From positions 3,100,001 through 3,164,000 of the forward strand of contig CAIIXF020000001.1 of assembly GCA_903813345.2 (NCBI GenBank): a stretch of DNA of 64,000 nt. Direction: 5' to 3'. The stretch's first letter is position 1. Each line of letters opens with the position of its first letter. The position numbers and the translations under genes are program-made. The stretch comes from Owenia fusiformis (Eukaryota). The notes beneath the pieces are model-generated. The model did not search any database. It was not told where the DNA came from and worked only from the letters and a program-made list of their open reading frames with translations. Of the stretch, positions 53,001 through 60,245 are shown piece after piece.

Positions 53001-56000
53001 CCTTAATGTAGAATATGTAGGATAAAACTAGAATACATGTCAATGACCAATTAACATTACATGACCAACCTGCTCTCTGGACACATGTTGGACCTTTCCA
53101 GCCTGTAGCGCATTTGCATGTAAAACCTGTTCGTGTGGCTGCGCATATTCCACGATTTTTACATGGATTGGGAGAACATTTGTTGGTGGTAATAGCTGCA
53201 ATACATTTATACTACAAAATATGTTGGCCATCATTAAATAAGTGAGTTAAAATTACCATTCAAGGGCCATGCCTTAATGTAGAATATGTAGGATAAAACT
53301 AGAATACATGTCAATGACCAATTTACATTACATGACCAACCTGCTCTCTGGACACATGTTGGACCTTTCCAGCCTGTAGCGCATTTGCATGTAAAACCTG
53401 TTCGTGTGGCTGTGCATATTCCACGATTTTTACATGGATTGGGAGAACATTTGTTGGTAGTAATAGCTGCAATACATATATACAAAAAATATATCGGTCA
53501 TCATTAAATAAGTGAGTTAAAATTACCATTCTAGGGCCATGCCTCAATGTACAATATGTAGGATAAAACTAGAATACATGTCAATGACCAATTTACATTA
53601 CATGACCAACCTGCTCTCTGGACACATGTTGGACCTTTCCAGCCTGTAGCGCATTTGCATGCAAAACCTGTTTGGGTGGCTGTGCATGTTCCTCGATTTT
53701 TACATGGATTGGGTGAACATTTGTTCTGTGTACATGTTGAACCAGTCCAGGCCAAAGCGCATTTGCATGTAAAACCTGTTCGTGTGGCTGTACATATTCC
53801 ACGATTTTTACATGGATTGGGAGAACATTTGTTGGTGGTAATAGCTGCAATACATTTATACTACAAAATATGTTGGCCATCATTAAATATATAAGTGAGT
53901 TAAAATTACCATTCTAGGGCCATGCCTTAATGTAGAATATGTAGGATAAAACTAGAATACATGTCAATGACCAATTTACATTAAATGAACAACCTGCTCT
54001 CTGGACACATGTTGGACCTTTCCAGCCTGTAGCGCATTTGCATGTAAAACCTATTCGTGTGGCTGTACATGTTCCACGATTTTTACATGGATTGGATGAG
54101 CATTTGTTAGTAGTAATAACTTTCTGTTCACATGTTCGACCACTCCAGCCCGAAGCACATTCACATGTAAAACCCGTTCGTATTGCTGTGCATGTACCAC
54201 GATTGTTACATGGATTGGGAGAACATTTGTTGGTAGTAATAGCTGCAATACATATATACAAAATATATCGGTCATCATTGAAGAAGTGAGTTAAAATTAC
54301 AATTCTAGAGCTATGGATCAAAAGTACAATAGTACAATAACGTCATTCTGAAGGGCAATATAGTGAAATATTGGACCGAGGGCCATATTTACTAACTGAT
54401 TTATCCTATACTTAGTAGATTATGAGAATTAAATATGCATTGAATGTTAGGGAACCCTACTGTAATTATCGTTTGTGATTTTTAAATAAAAAATCATCAA
54501 AACATGAATAATATTTTATCTCAATTTAAAGTCCTCAACAATATTTTCACATTCAACAGTGTGTGAAATTAATATTTATCAAATAGAGCCAAAGTATATC
54601 CCGGGAATTCAAAAAAGCGCCGAAAGAAATTCCCGGGGATCGCTGATGAGCGGGTGATATATATGTATATCTCCCGCTCACCCTAGCGGGAGATATATAT
54701 ATTACCCAATCACCTCAGATATCGATTATATTCCAGTATGTTATTTACCTATAACACTACTAAGTATGGAATAATTCACTATATTGCTCGCAACTAAATA
54801 GTGATATGAAGGATTAAATATATAACCAAAAAAGTAGAGGACCAAAAAGCAGCTCTATTTCTGTAGGATTTCAACCATAACTGATAAAGCCTAATTTGTC
54901 ATGAAATGCTAGATTTATTGCAGCATTCACTAGTTCCAGTTGCAGATTCATCATTTCAACTTGCAGAAAACTGCTGTATTGAGTCGATTAACTCATTAGG
55001 GTAATAGCCAGGGACAACCGCATAAGGATACAATTGGATATATTGTAGACTATTATATTATTATTGAATAATCTTTAATCTAATTTGATTAGAATAAAGC
55101 ATATCATTTACCCTTTGTGTTACATGTAGTTCCTGTCCATGCATTTCTACACGTGCATTTAAATTTAGTTCCCACGGTTGAACATCTACCAAAGTTCTGA
55201 CATGGGTTTGGTAGGCAGGGTTTTACTAAAACATGTTAAAAACTAATAAGTATCAAAGCCTCGTTTGTTATAAAAACGCAAAATATATCTCACAGAATTA
55301 TTGCGGCATTTGCAGAATTCATCATTTTGACTCTCAAAGATGTATTGACATATTGACAACTTACTGCAAAAGGATACAAAGTACTTTTCAGTAATATCAT
55401 GTCATGTCATGGATAGACACATTCAAATGGTATAACAATGATCTGACGACTAGAAAAGATTTGACAGGACTGAATGATAAAACATTGATACCATTTAATA
55501 GATAATCTTCTACTTGATTTAAAGGGGCAATAAGGACTGTAGAGAAAATATGAAAGTTTTTTCATTTTTTCTGAGCTATCAAGGCAACATTTGGTTTAAC
55601 ATCTTCTTTGACATACCTATTTTCTTAAAATGTATGGATAAATTATCAATTTCAACATTAAGAAGTGTAAATTCAGTTCAAAGCTTCAAAAAGGGGACTT
55701 CCACTTTTATATTTTTAATATCCACCATGTTTCAAGAGGAATATCAGCTAAAATAATGTTTATCTAGGGGGTTTCTTTGTAGATAATAAAAATAGATGTT
55801 AGTCTGATGAAATATCCAAACTTAAATATATTTTGACACTGGTCCATGATCATTGAATGACCCCTCTGCACTAATTATTGCACCTTTAATTAGGAATATA
55901 GCATATAACTTACATTTTGTCTCACATATAGTTCCTGTCGATCCAGCTTTGCAAATGCATTTAAAGTTAGTTCCCAGTTTTGCACATCTACCAGCGTTCT

Positions 56001-56030
56001 GACATGGGTTTGGTAAGCATGGGTTTTTTA
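1832..56030 (-). CDS. Multi-exon gene model: ~32 EGF-like domains + 2 sushi/CCP domains + C-terminal chitin-binding type-2 (CBM14) domain; probably a secreted matrix protein; 5' end not identified
   Basis: 31 internal GT-AG exons, all phase 1-1 and multiples of 3 nt, join without stops; six-Cys EGF spacing in the EGF exons; no transmembrane exon seen. It is unresolved whether 51-56 kb and 7-36 kb form one transcript. Confidence 0.8.
2934..4029. mobile_element. Tc1/mariner-type non-autonomous element
   Basis: TA|CAGGGTGGTCCAAAAA...TTTTTGGACCACCCTG|TA, long imperfect TIRs. Confidence 0.85.
4477..4646 (-). CDS. Terminal exon copy A: chitin-binding type-2 (peritrophin-A/CBM14) domain
   Basis: Same acceptor; [55 protein letters not shown] then TAG TAG; spacing CX14CX5CX9CX12CX7C. 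Confidence 0.85.
5074..6177. mobile_element. Same Tc1/mariner MITE, copied by the segmental duplication
   Basis: Same termini and same flanks as 2934-4029. Confidence 0.85.
7241..7426 (-). CDS. Sushi/CCP domain exon 2
   Basis: 186 nt, [14 protein letters not shown]...[30 protein letters not shown] (4 Cys + Trp). Confidence 0.92.
7486..8506. mobile_element. Tc1/mariner-type MITE
   Basis: TA|CAGGGTGTTCCAAAAGTAACAGGACTGGTGCTGG...inverse|TA, ~190-bp TIRs. Confidence 0.85.
8798..8983 (-). CDS. Sushi/CCP domain exon 1
   Basis: 186 nt, [17 protein letters not shown]...[32 protein letters not shown]. Confidence 0.9.
9595..10853. repeat. Recent ~631-bp tandem duplication
   Basis: 9595-10225 is near-identical to 10226-10853. 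Confidence 0.95.
9832..11071. mobile_element. Tc1/mariner-type MITE with duplicated left end (9832 and 10463)
   Basis: TA|CAGGGTGTCAAATAAGTCCCGTCCCCCT...AGGGGGACGGGACTTATTTGACACCCTG|TA. Confidence 0.8.
12196..12312 (-). CDS. cbEGF exon
   Basis: 117 nt; [39 protein letters not shown]. Confidence 0.92.
12688..13417 (+). mobile_element. Crypton-like non-autonomous element
   Basis: Short IR TTTATTCCATGAT (12688/13266) followed by a ~135-bp terminal hairpin (13282-13417); decayed MATKVEK...DEIEEKINE...NTIKAT remnant. Confidence 0.6.
13423..14043 (+). mobile_element. Crypton-like element with N-terminal recombinase-gene remnant
   Basis: IR TTATTATATCATTGCTAGA (13423/13870) plus terminal hairpin 13891-14043; [10 protein letters not shown]...NTIKSTE* and [24 protein letters not shown] resemble the Crypton/ZMYM/KIAA1958 N-terminal region. 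Confidence 0.7.
14180..14293 (-). CDS. cbEGF exon
   Basis: 114 nt; [38 protein letters not shown]. Confidence 0.92.
14554..14667 (-). CDS. cbEGF exon
   Basis: 114 nt; [38 protein letters not shown]. Confidence 0.93.
14898..15011 (-). CDS. EGF exon
   Basis: 114 nt; [38 protein letters not shown]. Confidence 0.92.
15211..15324 (-). CDS. cbEGF exon
   Basis: 114 nt; [38 protein letters not shown]. Confidence 0.92.
15523..15639 (-). CDS. EGF exon
   Basis: 117 nt; [39 protein letters not shown]. Confidence 0.9.
15882..15995 (-). CDS. cbEGF exon
   Basis: 114 nt; [38 protein letters not shown]. Confidence 0.92.
16263..16376 (-). CDS. cbEGF exon
   Basis: 114 nt; [38 protein letters not shown]. 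Confidence 0.92.
16667..16780 (-). CDS. cbEGF exon
   Basis: 114 nt; [37 protein letters not shown]. Confidence 0.92.
17145..17285 (-). CDS. EGF exon with extended C1-C2 loop
   Basis: 141 nt; [49 protein letters not shown] acceptor, GTAAGT donor. Confidence 0.85.
17685..17801 (-). CDS. EGF exon
   Basis: 117 nt; [39 protein letters not shown]. Confidence 0.92.
17975..18088 (-). CDS. cbEGF exon
   Basis: 114 nt; [37 protein letters not shown]. Confidence 0.92.
19490..19785. repeat. Degenerate ~30-bp tandem repeat
   Basis: Recurrent GGTAGTTTTTRCGGGAGATTTTTNNAAAAA units. Confidence 0.7.
20027..20535. repeat. Inverted arrays of 15-bp minisatellite (CCCATTTCGCCCCTT)n; truncated foldback MITE
   Basis: C-rich arm 20027-20256, G-rich arm 20302-20530, ending GGGAAGACACC. 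Confidence 0.85.
22103..26047 (-). mobile_element. Full-length ORF1-less CR1/L2-group LINE (APE + RT), two 1-nt frameshifts
   Basis: ORFs 25988-23745, 23709-23053 and 23105-22257 join; NINSL, GDFNA, SDH (APE); [19 protein letters not shown] (RT); 12-bp TSD CTTTTACAGTTT (22091-22102, 26048-26059); 3' stem-loop ACAGGGCC/GGCCCTGT, AATAAA and A-rich tail. Confidence 0.95.
22257..25985 (-). pseudogene. LINE polyprotein: hydrophobic leader, 2A-like motif, AP endonuclease, reverse transcriptase
   Basis: Frameshifts at a T run (~23750) and an A run (~23108) on the coding strand; otherwise open for ~1240 codons. Confidence 0.88.
27120..27852. mobile_element. Transib-like MITE
   Basis: CACGCCCGGTGATCGTA termini, ~90-bp TIR plus internal inverted blocks, 5-bp TSD AAACT. 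Confidence 0.75.
28802..28915 (-). CDS. cbEGF exon
   Basis: 114 nt; [38 protein letters not shown]. Confidence 0.9.
29100..29745 (-). mobile_element. Penelope-like retroelement 3' RT fragment (degenerate)
   Basis: [17 protein letters not shown]...[15 protein letters not shown]...LLGKGF resembles the PLE RT C-terminus (DFNFxIVNFPFLxSNIP...SQLIRYARACS). Confidence 0.6.
29833..29946 (-). CDS. cbEGF exon
   Basis: 114 nt; [37 protein letters not shown]. Confidence 0.92.
30414..30539 (-). CDS. EGF exon
   Basis: 126 nt; [41 protein letters not shown]. Confidence 0.9.
31062..32113 (+). mobile_element. mariner (DD34D) internally deleted element
   Basis: TA|CGAGGGTTGATCCAAAAGTTCCG termini, ~190-bp TIRs; FHLDN...[17 protein letters not shown]...[11 protein letters not shown] remnant at 31500-31818. 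Confidence 0.92.
32201..32317 (-). CDS. EGF exon
   Basis: 117 nt; [39 protein letters not shown]. Confidence 0.9.
33900..34013 (-). CDS. EGF exon
   Basis: 114 nt; [38 protein letters not shown]. Confidence 0.9.
35015..35128 (-). CDS. EGF exon
   Basis: 114 nt; [37 protein letters not shown]. Confidence 0.92.
35256..35378 (-). CDS. EGF exon
   Basis: 123 nt; [40 protein letters not shown]. Confidence 0.9.
36074..36202 (-). CDS. EGF exon (5' boundary ambiguous: AAG acceptor giving an exon start at 36202 or 36178, or ATG at 36260)
   Basis: [48 protein letters not shown] donor. Confidence 0.8.
36294..46574. mobile_element. 10.3-kb CACTA/CMC-type non-autonomous element
   Basis: CACAGCAAAAAATGTGAATC termini, 3-bp TSD ATG, ~500-bp near-perfect TIRs made of GAATCCTG/CAGGATTC subterminal repeats (~55-bp units, 110-bp dimer); no transposase ORF seen. 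Confidence 0.88.
46905..47017 (-). pseudogene. Degenerate EGF pseudo-exon related to the 55.1/55.9-kb exons
   Basis: Same acceptor context (CATTTTATAG); [37 protein letters not shown] keeps only 2 of 6 Cys; 113 nt to GTAAGT (frame-breaking). Confidence 0.7.
47059..47792. mobile_element. Helentron/HINE-like non-autonomous element
   Basis: AACTAG start, GACG microsatellite and terminal hairpin region; similar in layout to 51555-52406 and to the element ending near 11957. Confidence 0.5.
48202..50986. mobile_element. DNA transposon with ~305-bp TIRs (Kolobok-like AAAGG end; TSD not intact)
   Basis: 48202-48507 is the reverse complement of 50681-50986; internal palindrome 49492-49594. Confidence 0.75.
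51115..51157 (-). pseudogene. Truncated last unit of the tandem EGF exon array
   Basis: Array-type intron and TGCAG acceptor, then GATNK-TGA in place of Cys1, a 1-nt shift, and loss of homology after CCATGTAAAAA. Confidence 0.7.
51292..51417 (-). CDS. Array EGF exon
   Basis: 126 nt; [42 protein letters not shown]. Confidence 0.88.
51555..52406. mobile_element. Helentron/HINE-like element inserted in an array intron
   Basis: Interrupts the conserved intron motif CAATTTACATTAAAT(G/A)ACCAACC within its A run; (GGAC)n microsatellite near the right end; no TSD. Confidence 0.65.
52415..52648 (-). CDS. Array double-EGF exon
   Basis: 234 nt; [18 protein letters not shown]...[20 protein letters not shown]...GRTCEQRA. 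Confidence 0.88.
52799..52924 (-). CDS. Array EGF exon
   Basis: 126 nt; [42 protein letters not shown]. Confidence 0.88.
53070..53195 (-). CDS. Array EGF exon
   Basis: 126 nt; [42 protein letters not shown]. Confidence 0.88.
53341..53466 (-). CDS. Array EGF exon
   Basis: 126 nt; [42 protein letters not shown]. Confidence 0.88.
53611..53844 (-). CDS. Array double-EGF exon
   Basis: 234 nt; same CTQ/NKCSP internal junction as 52415-52648. Confidence 0.88.
53994..54242 (-). CDS. Array double-EGF exon
   Basis: 249 nt; ...[25 protein letters not shown]... Confidence 0.88.
55112..55225 (-). CDS. Basic EGF exon
   Basis: 114 nt; [37 protein letters not shown]. Confidence 0.88.
55914..56030 (-). 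CDS. Basic EGF exon (most 5' exon recognised)
   Basis: 117 nt; [38 protein letters not shown]; has an acceptor, so further exons lie upstream. Confidence 0.88.
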
Positions 56031-58030
56031 CTATAAAATGTAAAAACTAGTATTAAAACAACAGAAACAGCAACCATTCGCATTCCTCAAGGCCAATTTT
56101 ACTGGAATTAGGCAACACCTCATTTCTATTGAAGCCTTAAGATCCAAGTTACACTATATTGAAATAATGGTAAAATAATGCCACGTTTGTGTTAGTTTGG
56201 CTGTCATTTTTGATATACTGTAAAACATAATAAAGACCAGAGGCCTCATTATCATCTGGTCGCAACGCAAAATCGCATGCGAATCGCATCGCAAGACATC
56301 GCAACGCAACTATTTCCCAAAAATGTTATTATCATTCCATCGCATCGCAAGTCTGACGCAAAGTTATCGATTTTCTGATCGCAACTAAACAAAAAGTTGC
56401 GACGACGTTTACCCTGTCGCAAATCAAATCGAATATCTAGTTCATCTTTGAGCGTTATACTCAAGGGGCGAGGAGGAAAATTCTCAATAAATGGTGTATA
56501 GTTGGTTTGGCAGCATTTTCAGTTAGGGGAGAGTCTTGGATGAAACTTCCACCTAGGTGATAGCTTCACAGAGTGGTAGGAAGTTCTTTTTTTGAGGAGT
56601 TAGCCCCCCATCCCCTGAAAACACCCCACCCGGGGAAAAAAATTGTTCACAGTGAATAACCTTAGATATTTTGATGTTTGTAAGTGACATACATAGATAT
56701 TATATATATGAATCACTTGCAGTATAATTGATGCTGATTGCTCCTAAAGAAATTGAATATTAGTACAAAGTGTGTACCCCAGGGGGCAAATTTGTGACTC
56801 ATTTTCTTACTATTTTGATCCTAACTTTTCAATTAGACATTGTAAGAGGTTGAAAAAATTCATGGGAAGTACCCAATAGGAAGTACCCAATAGCAGGGTT
56901 AGTAAAACTGAAAGATGCAAAGCCATTAAAAAGGTAGGAGCTGAGAAAAAAATTGTTGATTTTTCGAAAAATTTGACATTTTTGACAGTTGGATTTTGTG
57001 AATGACTATAGCTGACCCCTATAGTTTCTAGATCCATCCCTCTATAGTGATATTTATGGTTTTATAGTGTGGAACTAAGATGTAAAACATAATTTAGATG
57101 GGTTTTAAGGAAGTTAAAGGTTTTAAACAAGTCCAAAATTTGAAAAATTGTAAATATAAGGTTTCAAATTTACATATTCCAGGTATAGCCATGGCGGACC
57201 CCTATAGTTTCTAGATCCATCCCTCTATGATGATATTTATGGTTTTGCCATGTGGAACTAATATGTAAAACACAATTTAGATGGGTTTTAAGAAAGTGTA
57301 AGGTTTTAAACAAGTCCAAAATATGAAAAATTGTGAATATAAGGTTTCAAATTTACGAATTTCAGGTATAGCCACGGCTGACCCTTATGATTTTTACATC
57401 CATACCTCTATGATTAAATATACAGTTTTAGAGTGTGGGACTAAGATTTAACATATCCAAAATGAATTTTAAGGAAGTTTAAGGTTTTAAACAAGTCCAA
57501 AATTTGAAGAATTGTAAATGTTAGGTTTCAAATTTATGAATTTCAAGTATAGCCAAAGATGACCCTTATGGTTTTTACATCTATACCTCAGGGATGAAAT
57601 ATATAGTTTTAAGAGTATTTAATTAAAATGTAAAAGATACCTAAGATGAGTTTGAAGGAAGTTCAAGGTTTTAAACAAGTGCAAAATTTGAAAAATTGAT
57701 CTCAAAATTGGTCTCAAATTCACGCTATTCAGGTACAGAGTTGAATTTGCCCTGATAATTGAAGGTTATGAGCATAATAGTATCAACTATGATATCATAG
57801 CTTAGAGACCAGGTGTAGAATATATACCTGTTGCAGCAGTTAGTCTGCTGCATATAGATGGAGTGAAAAGTCGTGAATTACAGTAAAATCTCTCTAATCT
57901 GAATGCTACTGGTATTTGGACCAGCTAAAAGCATTCTAATTAGGAGTGTTTTGAGGTTTTTACATTTACAATACAAGTTCTGGATTTTGAAGAAATATGA
58001 ATGCATTCTCAATGAAAAATATTAATAATA

Positions 58031-59277
58031 CGAGGGATGATCCAAAAGTCTTGGACGGCCTGATCTAATTTTGTTGGTTTTTGATAAAATTACTTTAAAC
58101 TTCCCAATAATAAAGACCAACAACTGAACGACTTTGTGTATTAATTTCATGGAGAAATGATATATTTTATGTAGTTTTCTAAATAGTTTTTAATATAGGG
58201 ACCCTGCCACCCGGAACGGTATTCACACATGGCAACTTTCAGCCTTAAATGTTGCCGCCATTTGACTTGTTTCGCAAGTCTTGATCACTATCTTATTTTG
58301 AATTTTGAATGTTAAAGGAATATTCCTTGCCAAACCATCTCTCTCCTCATATGGTAGCCATAACCGTATATATGCTTGCCATGTTTAGCAAAACACGCAA
58401 AAATGTTTTGATATGGTCAAATTTGATCACTTAGAAATGTGATGCTCAATTCCAGTAAGCTAGAGTAGAGTTGATGACATCACTTCCTTCAAGAAATTTT
58501 AAAAGATGGCAGCTCACTGGAAATAAGCACTAGATTTTTAAATGATCAATATTGACCATATTAAAACATTTTCCCATGTTTTGCTAAATATGGAAACTAT
58601 ATATATGATTATAGCTACCATATCAAGAGAGAACATGCAGAACATGAAAGAAATCAAGGTGGAACAAAGAATACTACAAAGATATTCTCACTACTACTGA
58701 CCTTGAGTAGCAACCATATGCACGATGTAGTCTAGATATGGCTCCGTGAGATTTTCTTCCTTTTCTCCAAGTTGAAAAGGAGGGTTGGAAGAAACTGTTT
58801 TTATTCATTTGATAAGGTTTAGAGTGGCACTCCAGCAGCGTTTGTATCATATAAGCAATGGCAGTTTCATAAATATCTTCCATTCATTGGTAAAGACTTT
58901 GTGTTCAAATTCGTTTAAAACATTAGAAAAGTAGGTATTAATATGTGACGATGATGATGACAGATGACAATTAGATTGAAAATCTGAAATTCTCTCATAT
59001 CATGACCAGTATTATAAGGCTGTGCACCTGCACCTAAAGTATTTGCCATATTAACCGTAGGTGTGACGTGCTTTGCTATATTTAAATACCGTTCCGGGTG
59101 GCAGGGACCCGGTATTTAAAAATATTTAGAAAAGTAGCTAAAATATATTATTTTCTGTTGAAACTCATACACAAAATTGTTAAGATGTTGATCTTTATTA
59201 TCTGAAAGTTTCATGTAATTATATTAGAAAATAGCAAAGTTCAAGCAATGCGTCCAAGACTTTTGGATCACCCCTCG
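58031..59277. mobile_element. mariner-type MITE nested in the foldback element
   Basis: TA|CGAGGGATGATCCAAAAGTCTTGGACG...CGTCCAAGACTTTTGGATCACCCCTCG|TA. Confidence 0.85.
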
Positions 59278-60167
59278 TATTTATACTGACATCATAAATG
59301 ACACTGATATTCTAATTTTATGACTATCATTTCAATAAATGTAAAAAATTCTTCAACTGCTAGAAAATGTCATCTGCAAAGTCAGTATGTAAACATTTTC
59401 TACAATGTCTGTTTGTTTGAAACATATTGATCATGTATATCACCATATATACTTTTTTGATCTACATGAAGATTTTAGTGTGAAAAGACCCTTTTACCCT
59501 GGAGTTCCTAATCTCATTGCACTAACGGGAGTTTCTAGGCCAAGCGGGGTATGATCCTTATAATCCTTATTTTCCCAAATAATTACTGTTGCCTGATGAC
59601 AAGTTGTTTTATTGGGAGTGTAGTGATTATAATTTGATAATTTATAATAATAATATTTTGTATTAGGAGATGCATAACAAAATATAGAGAAATCATGTAG
59701 AACATTACATCGAACATGTTGATGTGAAAAAGTAAAAATGCTATATCACATAATAAATATCATCAAATAATAATTAATTAGTTATAATCCATTTAATCAA
59801 TCAATTTCTACACTGTATACGATATCCCTAAGAGCAGTTACACTTTAGGGGGGGGGTGGATTTATTAACCTCTCACCCCCTTAGGAACTCTAGGGTAAGG
59901 TCCTCAACTCTAATGATTTTTCTTTTAACAATACTAGTAACATGGATCAAACCTGACCACAATATTTTCAACATCTAATTTCTAAGCTAAAAAGTCATAC
60001 ATTCAAAAAAGAGACATCCAAGGCAATACCTGAAATCGTAAAGGAGGACTGAAAGTATCGCAACAGATTTAGGACAGTTACATGTTGGATTTTTGCTATT
60101 TTCTGAGTATTTAAGGAGGTGCATATGTTAGGCCAATGCATTTCCTCCAGGAAAAGCACTCATAGAG

Positions 60168-60245
60168 TACCCTTTGCATTCGTTTGACTTCACTTCTTAA
60201 AAGAGAGCTGCGTCTGTAGTTTAACTAGACTCTGCAGGCAGGGTA
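60168..60245. mobile_element. 78-bp micro-MITE with 9-bp TSD
   Basis: CTCATAGAG|TACCCT...AGGGTA|CTCATAGAG; related copy at 41747-41830. Confidence 0.7.

Larger units (their letters stand above)
51115..54320. repeat. Exon+intron tandem array, basic period 270-271 bp
   Basis: Exon left edges at 52799, 53070, 53341, 53611; ~145-bp introns nearly identical. Confidence 0.95.

Noticed and set aside
52459-54289. Plus-strand His/Val-rich ORFs over the array
   Set aside because: Antisense shadows of the EGF exons; the splice signals are all on the minus strand.
54345-54795. Nested inverted repeats that may be another Crypton/MITE
   Set aside because: Boundaries and TSD could not be defined.
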